Shown: piece by piece, positions 38,570 through 51,781 of the stretch
Layout: every line of letters starts with the position of its first letter
Position numbering within the stretch: the first letter of the stretch is position 1
Source: Mobula hypostoma
Taxonomy: Eukaryota
Direction of reading: 5' to 3'
DNA length: 64,000 nt
Assembly: GCF_963921235.1 (NCBI RefSeq)
Contig: NC_086104.1
Span: 4,340,001-4,404,000 of the forward strand
Position numbers and translations under genes: made by a program
Notes under the pieces: generated by a model
Databases searched by the model: none
Told to the model about the DNA's origin: nothing
What the model saw: the letters and a program-made list of their open reading frames with translations, nothing else

Positions 38570-39990
38570 GGTTTTACTCCCGCTGATCTACCTGCTTTAC
38601 ACCTATGACTGTACAGCCCCAGTACCAGATTCAAGTTTGCTGCTGACACCAGAGCTGTAGGCAGAGTCAAAGTGGCTGATGAATGGTATACAGGCAGGAC
38701 ACTGAAAATCCGGCTGAGTGGTGTCACAACAGCAATCTCTCACTCAACGTCAGCAAGACCACGGGGAGGGATTGTAGACTATCAGAGAAATCCACTCAGA
38801 GGATCAGAGGTGGAGAGGCTCAGTGGCTTTAAATTCCTTGGTGACACTGTCTCAGAGGACCTGTCCTGTACCATCATATAAATGCAATTGTAAAGAAAGC
38901 ATGACAGTACCTTAACTTCCTGAGGAGTTGCTGAGATTCGGCATGTCATCAAAATCCTTGACAAATTTCCACAGATACGAGACTCATTCCAGGAATGAAA
39001 GGGTTAGCGTATGAGGAGCATCTGGCAACTCCTGGGCTGTATTTCCTGGAGTTCGGGAGAACGAGGGGGGATCCCATAGAAACATTCCGAATGTTAAAAG
39101 GCCTGAACAGATTTGATACGGCAAAATTATTTCCCATTGTAGGGAAGTCTAGGACACGAAGGCATGAATTCAGGATTGAAGGACGTCCATTTAGAACAGA
39201 AATGTGGAGAAATTACTTTAGTCAGAGGGTGGTAAATCTGTGGAATTTGTTGCCACAAGTGGCTGTGGAGGCCAAGTCATTGGGTGCATTTAAGGCAGAG
39301 ATAGATAGGTTCTTGATTAGCCAGGGCATCAAAGGGTATGGGGAGGAGGCAGGGGAGAGAGGATGACTGGAAGAATTGGATCAGCCCATGATTGAATGGT
39401 GGAGCAGACTCGATGGGCTGAATAGCCTACTTCTTCTCCTATACCTTATGGTCTTATATGTGGTGGAAAGTGTTCTGACAGGCTGCATTAAGGCCAGGCA
39501 TGTGAACGCCAATGCCTTTAAGTGGACAATCCTACAAAAGGTAGTGAATTTGATCCAGTACATCAGGTGTAAAACCTTACCAACCATTGTGAACATCTAC
39601 GTGAAATGTTGGCGCAGAAAAGCAGCATCCATCATCAAAGATCCTCACCACCCAGGCCATGCTCTTTTCACGCTGCTGCCATCAGGTAAAAGGTACAAGA
39701 AGGTACAATTGTCTCAGGACTCACACCAACAGAGTCAAGAACAGCTCCTACCCCTCGACCATCAGGCTCTTGAACAAATGATAACTACACTCATTCTATT
39801 TCCAGTGATCTCAGAACCAATGATTTCACTTTCATGACTCTTTACCTTGGTATTTATTGCTATTTATTTATATTTGCATTTGCACACATTGTTGTCTTCA
39901 ACTCTTGCTCTTTCATTGATCCTGTCCATAGTTACTTTTCTATAGATTTGCTGCGGAAGTTTGCACTCTGGTAATAAATTTTACCTTGAA
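38570..39990 (+). mobile_element. Rex1/Babar-type LINE RT 3' region with a nested CR1 3' piece (~38985-39455)
   Basis: FKFLG...SEDLS, KDPHHPGHALFTLLPSGKRY; nested ORF 38995-39366 is CR1. Confidence 0.8.
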
Positions 39991-40479
39991 CTTCGAATTT
40001 TGGAAAGGTTTCACCAAGTTCCACAGGTGTCAGCACAGAAAATCTAGGTAAATTTGAAAGATGGTTTAAGAAACAAGAAAGAGAGAGGGTCCAATGATGG
40101 CAATGTGTGTCAGGAGGTAAACCTCTGGGTCCCAACTTCTCACATGTATGTTAGACACCATATGCAGGAAGGAGTTGCATATAAAATACTGCAGTTGTTG
40201 CAAACCTGAACGAAAAGCCAAAACGCACCAAGCATTCAGCAGGTCAGAGAGCAACAGAGCAGAGAGAAACCGGGTTCATGGTTCACACAGAAAACCTGAT
40301 GATGCTCACCCAGGTTTGCAGATACTACTGAGTAAGGAGGGAGCATTGGCAGTGCAGGTTACAATGATCAATCAAGTGGTCAAAACTACAGAAGATGAAA
40401 CTTATTGAAAAGAATCTTAAAAGATATAATAAAGTCAAATGACCACATCTTCTTCATACATTTTATGTTCAAGGGTCAT

Positions 40480-40970
40480 AGAATCACAGCGTACTATAGC
40501 GGAGAAACAGGCTGTTATGCACATCAGTTCCATACCAACCTGAACTTGTACCTAGTCCCATTTACCTGCACCTGGACCATATCCCTCCATAACCCTGTCA
40601 TCCATGTACATATTCAAACTTCCCTTAAATGTTACAATTGAACCTATATCCACCACTTCCACACAGTCACCACCCTCTCAGTGAAGAACCTCCCCCTCAA
40701 GTTCCCCTTGAATATTTCACCTTTCACTCTGAACCTGTGACCTCGAGTTCCAGACACAGTCAACCTGAAGTGAAAAGGCCTGTATGCATTCACCCTACCT
40801 AAACCCCTCATAAGTCTGTATACCTCTATCCAATCTCCCCTCATTCTCCTACACTCCAGTGAAAAAAACGTCCGAAATGATTCAATCTTCCACTATAACT
40901 CAGATCATCAAGTATCCTTGTAAATATTCACTGCAGCCTTTCAATCTTATATCTTTCCTGCAGGTAGGTA
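40480..40970 (-). mobile_element. CR1 3' fragment
   Basis: ORF 40644-40844 RGDWIEVYRLMRGLGRV. Confidence 0.75.
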
Positions 40971-41156
40971 GGCATTGCACCCAATTCTTCAAATTCAGCC
41001 TCAAAGGTTCAAACATTTAAAAGTCCAATTTAAGGTCAGAGAAATGTATACAGTATACATCCTGAAATGCTTTTTCTTCGCAAATATCCAGGAATACAGA
41101 CACACACAACACGCTGGAGGAACTAAGCAGGTCGGGCAGCATCCGTGGAAACGATG

Positions 41157-41192
41157 AGTCGACGTTCGGGCCGGAACCCTTCGTCAGGACTG
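41157..41192 (-). ncRNA. Penelope hammerhead ribozyme remnant (one A missing from GAAA)
   Basis: Minus strand CAGTC-CTGACGA-A-GGG-TTCCGG-CCC-GAA-CGTC-GACT. Confidence 0.55.
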
Positions 41193-43132
41193 TAGGGGGA
41201 AGGGGCAGAGGCCCTATAAAGAAGGTGGGAGGAGGGTGGGAAGGAGAAGGCTGGTAGGTTCCAGGTGAAAAACCAGTAAGGGGAAAGATAAAGGGGTGGG
41301 GGAGAGGAAGCAGGGAGGTGATAGGCAGGAAAGGTGAAGAAGGAATAGGGGAAAACACAATAGGTAGTAGAAGGAGGCGGAACCATGAGGGAGGTGAGAG
41401 GCAGCTGGGAGAGGGGGCAGAGTGAAATAGGGATAGGGGAAGGGAGGGGGAGGGAATTACCGGAAGTTGGGGAATTCTATGTTCATACCAAGGGGCTGGA
41501 GACTTCCTAGACAGTATATGAGGTGTTGCTCCTCCAACCTGAGTTTAGCCTCATCATGGCAGTAGAGGAGGCCATGTATGGACATATCTGAATGGGAATG
41601 GGAAGCAGAGTTGAAGTGGGTGGCTACTGGGAGATCCTGTCTGTTGTGGAGGTGCTCGACGAAACGGTCCCCCCATCTGCGTTGGGTTTCACCGATGTAG
41701 AGGAGGCCGCACCGGGAGCACCGGATGCAATAGATGACCCCAACAGACTCACAAGTGAAGTGTTGCCTCACCTGGAAGGACTATTTGGGGCCCTGAATGG
41801 TGGCAAGAGAGGAGCTGTAAGTGTAGGTGTAGGTGTAGGAGGCTGCTTCCTCCACCCATGCTGAGCCCATCAATTTCATCGACTTTACTTCAAACTTCCA
41901 CCCAGCCCTCAAATTCACTTGGTCTATCTGAGACACTTCTCTCCCCTTTCTCGATCCCTCAGTCTCCATCTCTGGAGACAGACTGTCCACTGACATCTAC
42001 AAGCCCACTGACTCTCATAACTACCTCGACTATACCTCTTCCCACCCCGCCACATGCAAAAATGCTATTCCCTATTCCCAGTTCCTCCGTCTCCACTGTA
42101 TCTGCTCCCAGGATGAGGTTTTACGTTCCAGGACATCTCAAATGTCCTCTTTCTTTAGGGATCGTGGTTTCCCTTCTGTTGTCATTAATGATGCCCTCAC
42201 CCGCATCTCCTCTATTTCCCACACTTCAGCCCTCACCCCATCCTCCCGCCACCACTACAGGGACAGAGTTGCCCTTGTCCTCACCTACCACCCCACCAGC
42301 CTCCAGATCCAGCACATTATCCTCCGCAACTTCCGCCACCTTCAACAGGAGCCCAACACTAAGCACATCTTTCCCTCTCTACTCTTCTGCTTTCCACAGG
42401 AATCATTCCCTCCGTGACTCCTTGATCCACACGTCCCTCCCCATGGATCTCCCACCCGGCACTTATCCCTGTAAGCGTAAGTGCTACACCTGTCCCTACA
42501 CCTCCTCACTTGCCACCATTCAGGGCCCCAAACAGTCCTTCCAGGTGAGGCAACACTTCACTTCTGAGTCTGTTGGGGTCACCTATTGCATCCGGTGCTC
42601 CTGGTGTGGCCTCCTCTACATCAGTGAAACCCGACGCAGATTGGGGGACCGCTTCGTCGAGCACCTCCGCTCTGTCTGCCACAACAGACAGGATCTCCCA
42701 GTAGCCACCTGCTTCAACTCTGCTTCCCACTCCCATTCAGATATGTCCGTACATGGCCTCCTCTACTGCCATGATGAGGCTAAACTCGGGTTGGAGGAGC
42801 AACACCTCATATACCGTCTAGGTAGTCTTCAGCCCCTTGGTATGAACATTGAATTTTCCAACTTCCGGTAATTCCCTCCCCCTCCCTTCCTCTATCCCTA
42901 TTTCACCCTGCCCCCTCCCCCAGCTGCCTATCACCTCCCTCAATGTTCCACCTCCTTCTACTACCCATTGTGTTTTCACCTATTCCTTCTTCACCTTTCC
43001 TACCTATCACCTCCCTGCTTCTCCTCCCCTACCCCTTTATCTTTCCCTTTACTGGTTTTTCACCTGGAACCTACCAGTCTTCTCCTTCCCACCCTCCCCC
43101 CACCTTTATAGGGCCTCTGTCCCTTCCCTCTT

Positions 43133-43168
43133 CAGTCCTGAGAAGAGTTCTGGCCCGAAATGTCGACT
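43133..43168 (+). ncRNA. Penelope hammerhead ribozyme remnant (degenerate core)
   Basis: CAGTC-CTGA(-)GA-AGAGTTCTGGCCC-GAAA-TGTC-GACT. Confidence 0.45.
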
Positions 43169-43359
43169 CATCATTTCCACGGATGCTGCCCGACCTGCTG
43201 AGTTCCTCCAGCGTGTTGTGAGTGTTGCTTAGACCCCAGCATCTGCAGAGTATTTTGTGTCCAGGAATACAGAGAAGTGCCCCAAAGAATGAACGACAGT
43301 TAAACGTGACAACCCCAAAGACCAACCCCAGCTCCCCCCTCCCACGCACAATCCCCTCC

Positions 43360-46300
43360 CTCGCCTCCCACATTACCCTGGGGTACATCTCATCCGGTCC
43401 AGGCGACTTACTTGACTTCATGCTTTCCAAAAGCTCCAGCACATCATCTATCTTAATATCTACATGCTCAAACTTTTTAGTCCGCTGCAAGTCATCACTA
43501 CAATCACCAAGATCATTTTCCGTAGTGAATACTGAAGCAAAGTATTCATTAATTACCTCTACTATTTCCTCCGGTTCCATACACACTTTCCCACTGTCAC
43601 ACTTGATAGGTCCTATTCTTTCACGTCTGATCCTCTTGCTCTTCACATACTTGTAGAATGCTTTGGGGTTTTCCTTAATCCTGCCCGCCAAGGCCTTCTC
43701 ATAGCCCCTTCTGGCTTTCCTAAATTCCTTCTTAAACTCCTCCCTGTTAGCCTTATAATCTTCTAGATCTCTAACATTACCTAGCTCTCTGAACCTTTCG
43801 TAAGCTTTTCTTTTCTTCTTGACTAGATTTACTACAGCCTTTATTGTCAGGACCCGGAAACTTATCCATAAGACCATAAGACAAAGGAGCAGAAGTCGGC
43901 CATTCGGCCCATCGAGTCTGCTCCACCATTTTATCATGAGCTGATCCATTCTCCCATTTAGTCCCACTCCCCTGCCTTCTCACCATAACCTTTGATGCCC
44001 TGGCTACTCAGATACCTATCAATCTCTGCCTTAAATACACCCAATGACTTGGCCTCCACTGCTGCCCGTGGCAACAAATTCCATAGATTCACCACCCTCT
44101 GACTAAAAAAATTTCTTCGCATTTCTGTTCTGAAAGGCCGCCCTTCAATCCTTAAGTCATGCCCTCTCGTACTAGACTCCCCCATCATGGGAAACAACTT
44201 TGTCACATCCACTCTGTCCATGCCTTTCAACATTCCAAATGTTTCTATGAGGTCTCCCCTCATTCTTCTAAACTCCAAGGAATACAGTCCAAGAGCGGAC
44301 AAACGTTCCTCATATATTAACCCTCTCATTCCCGGAATCATTCTAGTGAATCTTCTCTGTACCCTCTCCAACGTCAGCACATCCTTTCTTAAATAAGGAG
44401 ACCAAAACTGCCCACAGTACTCCAAGTGAGGTCTCACCAGCGCCTTATAGAGCCTCAACATCACATCCCTGCTCCTATACTCTATTCCTCTAGAAATGAA
44501 TGCCAACATTGCATTCGCCTTCTTCACTAGTGACTCAACCTGGAGGTTAACTTTAAGGGTATCCTGTATGAGGACTCCCAAGTCCCGTTGCATCTCAGAA
44601 CTTTGAATTCTTTCCCCATTTAAATAATAGTCTTCCCTTTTATTTTTTTTCTGCCAAAGTGTATAACCATACACTTTCCAACATTGTACTTCATTTGCCA
44701 CTTCTCTGCCCATTCTTCCAATCTATCCAAGTCTCTCTGCAGACTCTCTATTTCCTCAGCACTACCGGCCCCTCCACCCATCTACGTATCATCACCAAAC
44801 TTACCCACAAAGCAATCTATTCCATAATCCAAATTGTTGATGTACAATGTAAAAAGAAGTGGCCCCAACACGGACCCCTGTGGAACACCACCGGTAACTG
44901 GCAGCCAACCAATAGGATCCCTTTATTCCCACTCTCTGTTACCTACCAATCAGCCTATGCTCTATCCACGTATGTAACTTTCCCGTAATTCCATGGGCTC
45001 TTATCTTGTTAAGTAGCCTCATGTTATCCACTTTTATATTCCTTAAAAGCTCCAGTAATACCGCTTCTTTAATCATCATAGTTTCCATAACTTCCCTACC
45101 CGATTCCCTTATCTTACGCAATTCAATATCCTTCTCCTTAGAAGACATCCTTCTCCTCCCTTGGAGGGTCAGACACCCTGAGCCAATAGGCTGGTCTTGG
45201 ATTTATTTCCTGGCATGATTTACATATTACTATTTAACTTTTTATGGTTTTATTATTATTTAATTCTTTATGGTGCAACTGTAATGAAAACCAGTTTCCC
45301 CCAGGATCAATAAAGTATTACTATGACTATGACCATGACTATGACCTAATGAATACCGAAGAAAAGAAATTGTTAAGAATCTGCCCCATCTCTTTTGACT
45401 CCACACATAGCCGTCCACTCTGATTCTCTAAGGGACCAATTTTGTCCCTCACTATCCTTTTGCTATTTATATAACGGTAGAAACCTTTGGGATTTATTTT
45501 CACCTTACTTGCCAAAGCAACCTCATATCTTCTTTTAGCTTTTCTAATTTCTTTCTTAAGATTCTTTTTACATTCTTTATATTCCTCGAGCACCTCATTT
45601 ACTCCATGCTGTTTATATTTATTGTAGATCTCTCTTTTTTTTCCGACCCAAGTTTCCAATATCCCTTGGAAACCATGGCTCACTCAAACTTTTAACCTTA
45701 CCTTTCAACCTAACAGGAACATAAAGATTCTGTACTCTCAAAATTTCACCTTTAAATGATCTCTGTTTCTCTATACCATCCTCCTATAAAATAAACTGTC
45801 CCAATCCACTCCTTCTAAATCCTTTCACCTCTCCTCAAAGTTAGCCTTTCTCCAATCAAAAATCTCAACCCTGGGTCCAGTCCTATCCTTCTCCATAATT
45901 ATATTGAAACTAATGGTATTGTGATCACTGGACCCAAAGTTCTCCCCAACACATACCTCCATCACCTGCCCTATCTCATTCTCTAACAGGAGATCCAACA
46001 CTGCCCCTTCTCTAGTTGGTACCTCTGTGTATTGCAGCAAAAAACTATCTTGCACAGATTTGACCATCTCCAAACCATCCAACCCTTTTACAGTATGGGC
46101 TTTCCAGTCTATATGTGGAAAATTAAAATCTCCCACAATCACAGCCTTGTGCCTACTACTAATATCTGCTATCTCCTTACAAATTTGCTCCTCCAATTCC
46201 CGCTCCCCATTTGGTGGTCTATAATACACCCCCATAAGAGTTACTGCACCTTTCCCATTCCTCAATTCCACCCAAATAGCTTCCCTAGATGAGCCCTCTA

Positions 46301-47860
46301 ATCTATTCTGCCAGAGAACCGCTGTAATATTTTCTCTGACAAGCAATGCAGCCCCTCCCCCTCTTGTCCCTCCAACTCTATCACACCTGATGCAATTAAA
46401 TCCAGGAATATTTAGTTGCCAATCACACCCCTCCTGTAACCATGTTTCACTAATAGCTACCACATCATACTTCCAGGTATCAATCTATGCTTTAAGCTCA
46501 TCCACCTTTCTTACAATGCTCCTAGCATTAAAATAAATGCATTTAAGAAATTTTCCACCTCTTAATCTCTGTTTATCACTAACTGTGCAAACAATTTTAC
46601 TGTTTTCTTTTTCTTCCTTCTTCCCTGCATCTGTTCCTACACTTTGGTTCCCCTCCCCTCTCCTATCTAGTCTAAATCCACGGAAGCCTCCCTAGCAAAC
46701 CTACCTGCAAGAATATTTGTACCCCTTCAGTTCAGATGTAGACTGTCCTGCTGGATCAGGTCCCACCTTCCCTTGAAAATTGCCCAATTATATATAAATC
46801 TGAAGCCCTCCCTCCTGCACCATGCCTTCAGCCATGTGTTGATCTGCACTATCTTACTATTTCTAAACCCACCTGCATGTGGCACTGGTAGCAATCCTGA
46901 GATTGCTATCCTGGAGGTCCTGTCCTTTAACTTGGCTCCTAACTCCCTAAACTCTCCTTTCAGGACCTCCTCACTCTACCTACCCATATCATTGGTCCCA
47001 ACATGGACCACAACATCTGGCTGCTCACCCTCCCTCTTGAGAATACCGAGAACTTGATCCAAGATATCGTGAACCCTGGCACCAGGGAGGCAACAGACCA
47101 TCCGGGATTCTCGATCTCTCCCACAGAACCTCTTATCTGTCCCCCTAACTATCGAATCCCCTGTCACTACTGTTCTCCTCTTTTCCCTCCTTTCCTTCTG
47201 AGCTGAGGGTCCCATCTCGGTGCCAGAGACACCACCACAGCAACTTGTCCCTGGTAGGTCGTCCCCATCAACAGTATCCAAAATGATATACTTATTATTG
47301 GTGGGAACGGCCACAGGGGTGCTCTGCTCATTCTGTCTACTCCCCTTCCCTCTCCTGATAGTCACCCAGCTATCTGTCTTCTGACTCTTAGGGGTGACTA
47401 TTTCCCTGTAACTCCTCTCTATTTCTACTTCAGCCTCACGAATGATCCAAAGTTCATCCAGTTCCCTAACTCGGTTTGTCAGGAGCTGCAGCTGGATGCA
47501 CCTTTCGCATGTGTAGTCATCAGGGACGATTGTGCTCGCTCTGACTTCCCACATACAGCAAACGGAGCACTCAACTGCCCTAACTGCTGCCTCCATTACC
47601 TACTCCTAAGATAATTAGATTTATTAAAGGAACTTACCCGGCCTTACCTCACTTGGAGTGAAGCTCTTCCTCAGCCCCTGCTTGCCGAAGCCTCAGCAGC
47701 CAAAGCCTTCCTACTCTGTCTCCCTCTACTCTGTGGCCCGCTACAATATTGCCCGCCCCATTAATCTGCTCTCTTTTAAATACTCCCACTGCCTCACAGT
47801 CCAACATACACACACTTGCGCAGTCGTGCCCCATTCAACTGCCGAAGAAAATGACCGCAG
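43360..47860 (-). mobile_element. Cluster of CR1 pieces, including a 5' half with ORF1 (zinc finger and esterase) and EN
   Basis: ORFs 43958-44713 (RT C-terminus), 45825-46463 (EN), 46976-47596 (CSVCCMWEV...GDSIVRG...HVGTND). Confidence 0.88.
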
Positions 47861-47863
47861 AGC

Positions 47864-48730
47864 TTGCAAGGAGATTTAGTCCAGTTAGAAGAGTGGGCTG
47901 AAAGATGGCAGATGGAGTTTAATGCTGATAAATGTGAGGTGTTACATTTTGGTAGGACTAATCAAAATAAGACATACATGGTAAATGGTAGGGCATTGAA
48001 GAATGCAGTAGCACAGAGTGATCTAGGAATAATGGTACATAGTTCGCTGAAGGTGGAATTTCATGTGGATAGGGTGGTGAAGAAAGCTTTTGGTATGCTG
48101 GCCTTTATAAATCAGAGCATTGAGTATAGGAGTTGGGATGTAATGTTAGAATTGTACAAGGCATTGGTGAGGCCAAATATGGAGTATTGTGTACAGTTTT
48201 GGTCACCAAATTATAGGAAATTTGTCAACAAAATAGAGAGAGTACAGAGAAGGTTTACTAGAATGTTACCTGGGTTTCATCATCGAAGTTACAGAGAAAG
48301 GTTGAACAGGTTGGGTCTTTATTCTTTGGAGCATAGAAGGTTGAGGGGGAACTTGATAGAGGTGTTTAAAATTATGAGTGGGATAGATAGAGTTGACGTG
48401 GATAGGCTTTTTCCATTGAGAGTGGGGGAGATTCAAACAAGAGGACATGAGTTGAGTGTTAAAGGACAAAAGTTTAGGGGTAACATGAGGGGGAACTTCT
48501 TTACTCAGAGAGTGGTAGCTGTGTGGAACAAGCTTCCAGTAGAAGTGGTTGAGGCAGGTTCGACGTTGTCATTTAAAGTTAAATTGGACAGCTATATGGA
48601 CAGGAAAGGAATGGAGGGTTATGGGCTGAGTGCAGGTCAGTGGGACTAGGTGAGAGTAAGAGCCTGGCACCGACTAGAAGGGCCGAGATGGCCTGTTTCC
48701 GTGCTGTAATTGTTATACGGTTGTATGGTT
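47864..48730 (+). mobile_element. 5'-truncated CR1 (third subfamily)
   Basis: ORF 47864-48649; tail 'gctgtaattgttatacggttgtatggtt'. Confidence 0.9.
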
Positions 48731-48734
48731 AAAA

Positions 48735-49285
48735 GAGGTCCCAATGATCCAGCAATCTGAATCCCGCCCCCTGCTCCAATCCCTCAGCCACTTATTTATC
48801 CTCCACCTCATTCTATTCCTATACTCACCATCACGTGGTACAGGCAGTAACCCCGAGATTACTATCTTTGTGGTCCTACTTCTTAACTTCCTTCCTAACT
48901 CCCTGCAGTCTGTTTTCAGGACCTCTTCCATTTTCCTACCTATGCATTGGTACCAATATGTACCACGACCTCGAGCTGTTCTCCCTCCAACAGCAGGATA
49001 TCTTGGACACGATCTGAAACATCGCGGACCCTGGCACCTGGGATGCAAACTACCATCCGCGTTTCTTTCCTGCATCCACATAATCTCCTGTCTGACTCCC
49101 TAACTATAGAGTCCCCTATCACTACTGGCTTCCTCTTCCTTTCCTTACTCTTCTGAGCCACAGGGTCGGACTCTGTTCCCCCCCCCCCGACCCAACAGCT
49201 TGCTATCCCCCCCAACAGTACTCAAACAGGAGTACTTATTGTCAAGGGGTACAGCCACAGGGTACTCTCTTGTACCTGACTCTTA
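48735..49285 (-). mobile_element. CR1 ORF1 esterase remnant
   Basis: VVIGDSIVRE...VVHIGTN in ORF 48940-49215. Confidence 0.8.
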
Positions 49286-49289
49286 GTGA

Positions 49290-49410
49290 CATAGTGTCCC
49301 AAACAAAGTGAATTACGACTATTTTCTCCATTAGTTTTTGTTATTTAAGAGGTGTCCCAAATAAACGGCTCCCTGATTAAACGACAGCCCAATAAACCAG
49401 AATCTACTAT
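49290..49410. mobile_element. Probable Tigger/pogo-type MITE end
   Basis: 'gtgtcccaaataaacggc...gcccaataaaccagaatctacta' resembles Tigger-like termini; recognised by recall only. Confidence 0.35.
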
Positions 49411-49811
49411 ATCTTCCTGGAACAGGTTACTGGGGTAGGAGTGGAGCAGGGAGTTTGTTTGACTCCAAGAGGATTTTAGATGGACACGTGAATACAAAGG
49501 GAATGGAGGGATATGAATGATACATAGGAGGAGGATATTTAACATAAATGAGCATCAAGGTTGGCATAACATCAAGGCCAGATGTCCTGTCCGGTTCTGT
49601 ACTGTTCCACGCTCAATTTAAAGTGGGTGGTGATTATTTGAAGCATATGTTTATCACCCATCATTGGTCTGGCCTGAACTCTGTAAACTCGGGAACAGCT
49701 GCAACATATTAATATCAGAAGCAATAAAGTGGTTGTACTTTCACTAAAGGTCATGTAACAAAAGATGTCTGCTTCAAGCTGGGGTTGAAGTGACGATATT
49801 CTCCCTTACAG

Positions 49812-50165
49812 GTGCAGACAAACCTGTCCTTATCCAGTCCCCGAGCATACAGCGTGTCACTGAGGGTCACACGGCGTGGTTTTGCTGTACCATCAGCAAT
49901 ATCAGACCAGAAGACACTGACCTCCACTGGTATCGGAAACTACCTGGGCAGGACATGACGACCATGGAGTTGGTTTCTACACACAGGGCAGGAGGCAGCA
50001 CAGAGAGGGTACAGGGTTACTCTGAGAGGTTCCAGTCCTACAGAGACACGTCCAACAGCAGCTTCACCCTGACAGTCACAGACGTGGTGCACAGTGATTC
50101 TGCCGTCTATTACTGCAGAGTGTGGGGAGACATCCACGGGAACGGCACCCAGCTCATCGTAACCA
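49812..50165 (+). CDS. Exon 2: germline-joined VJ-type Ig V-set domain 1
   Basis: Acceptor ctcccttacAG, donor A|GTGAGT, 354 nt, phase 1-1; B-strand Cys, C-strand WY, F-strand DSAVYYC, G-strand HGNGTQLIVT; no stops. Confidence 0.95.
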
Positions 50166-51781
50166 GTGAGTACAAGTTCTATTTATTCAGCAGTGTGTTC
50201 CTGCATTGGGAGTTATTCCACCACCACTCACTTCCCGTGGCTGGGCACATTGTACTGAAGAGCACACAGTGTAATACTGGAGCCCCATCACTGGGACACG
50301 ATCCAGAGCACTGTGGCCCCTAACTCATGGGTGGGGAGCACCAACATAGTGACTGATCGTCTGCTCTGTGTGTCCAGTTGGATATTTGAAAATAAATGTC
50401 AATGTGGAGTGTGTTATCACAGGAGAGAAAAGGAGAAACTGTTCAGTGTTCAGAGTCATAGATCAGGGTCTCTTAAATCTGAACCATCTCTCCAAAGAGC
50501 TCCTAAACTGTGGAATTCAAAACCTTAACCTCGAAGGGATGCAAAACAGTTAATATTATTAAACGCGGGCTCAAAAAGCTGTTTATTTAGCAATCAACAT
50601 CTTTTCAAAGTTAAAAAGAAATTCATTATCAAAGTTCATATCTGTCACCATATTCAACCCTGCGATTTATTTTCTTGCGGGCATACTCAACAAATCCAAA
50701 ACAGAATAATCACCATTGTGGAGTCAATGAAAGACTGCACCAACTTGGTCTTAGATGCAAGATGGTGTCGGAGAATCATGGCGACGTTCTCCGGGCTACG
50801 TGCATCTTGTTGTCTTTAATTTTTATTTTTCATTTTATTTTCATGTTTGCCCTTTCACTCTTTTTAAAGTGCTTTGAACTACACCGTCTGTATGAAGAAT
50901 GCTCATGAATAAGTTATTACTATCATTACAGTTCAGCACTGTACAAAGGTGCCTGACTAAAAGTCTTGACTGGTGAAGGATTTAGATGAACCAAATTAAT
51001 TTAAGACAGGGTTGGATAGATTTTTGCATAGTGGGAATTAAGGGTTATGAGGAAATAGAAGATAGGTAGAGATGAGTCCATGGCCAGATCAGCCATGATC
51101 TTATTGAATGGATGAGCGGGTTCGGTGGGCCAGATGGCCGACTCCTACTCCTATTTCTTCTGTTTTTATGTTAACTCTCCCTCCTCATTCAAACTGATTG
51201 ATAATTCTACAACACACTGAAGAGAAATCTGAAAGTTGTTTGTGATCACTTCCACGGGGTTCTGGATAACTATCCCAGTCAGGGATAGAATGGGAGGGTG
51301 AAGGAGCCATGGTTGACAAGAGGAACATCTGGTCAAAAGGAAGAAGAAACTATGCTTAAATTTTAGGCAGTAAAAATCAGATAGGTGCTTGAGAGTTATA
51401 ATGTCACGAGAAACGACCTTCATTTGGGACTTGAGAGAGCTGGAAGGATTCTTGGGGATTAGGAAAAAGGAAACCCTCAAGACATTATACACATACCTGA
51501 GGAACAGGAGAATAGCTAAACTGAAGGTAGGACCGGTCAGGGATAAAGGGAGAAATATTATCAACAGATGCAACGTTCTTCAGAACTCTCTCCAAACTAT
51601 AACAGACCCCATGACTGTGGTGCTACCAAACCATCAGAACCAACTGGATATCACTGACTTCAGTAAAGAACTTGGAACTAACATTTATTTAAATATTAGA
51701 AATTGTTAAATGCTGGGGAAATACACTGCCTTGTATTGAGCTCCATAAATATACATTAATGTCTACATATCCAACACACAG

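Larger units (their letters stand above)
41101..43259. mobile_element. Penelope-like element with inverted arms (GIY-YIG endonuclease and pseudo-LTR on both) and 14-bp TSD
   Basis: Minus arm GIY-YIG 41457-41771 (VIYCIRCSRCGLLYIGETQR); plus arm ~42530-42871 (YCIRCSWCGLLYISETRR); TSD TCCAGGAATACAGA 41087-41100 and 43260-43273 within a split host repeat. Confidence 0.92.

Noticed and set aside
39376-39837. ALKBH8 N-terminal (DUF1891)-like coding sequence
   Set aside because: C-terminus of Rex1/Babar RT, present in several decayed copies in this window
41858-42871. 337-aa Ser/Pro/Thr-rich ORF as a mucin-like host gene
   Set aside because: Frameshifted Penelope ORF read off-frame, returning to the GIY-YIG frame at its end
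50090-50315. RSS-like heptamers CACAGTG (50090-50096, 50265-50271) and CACTGTG (50309-50315)
   Set aside because: No ACAAAAACC-like nonamer at a 12 or 23 spacer; the first lies within FR3 codons, and the J strand is already joined
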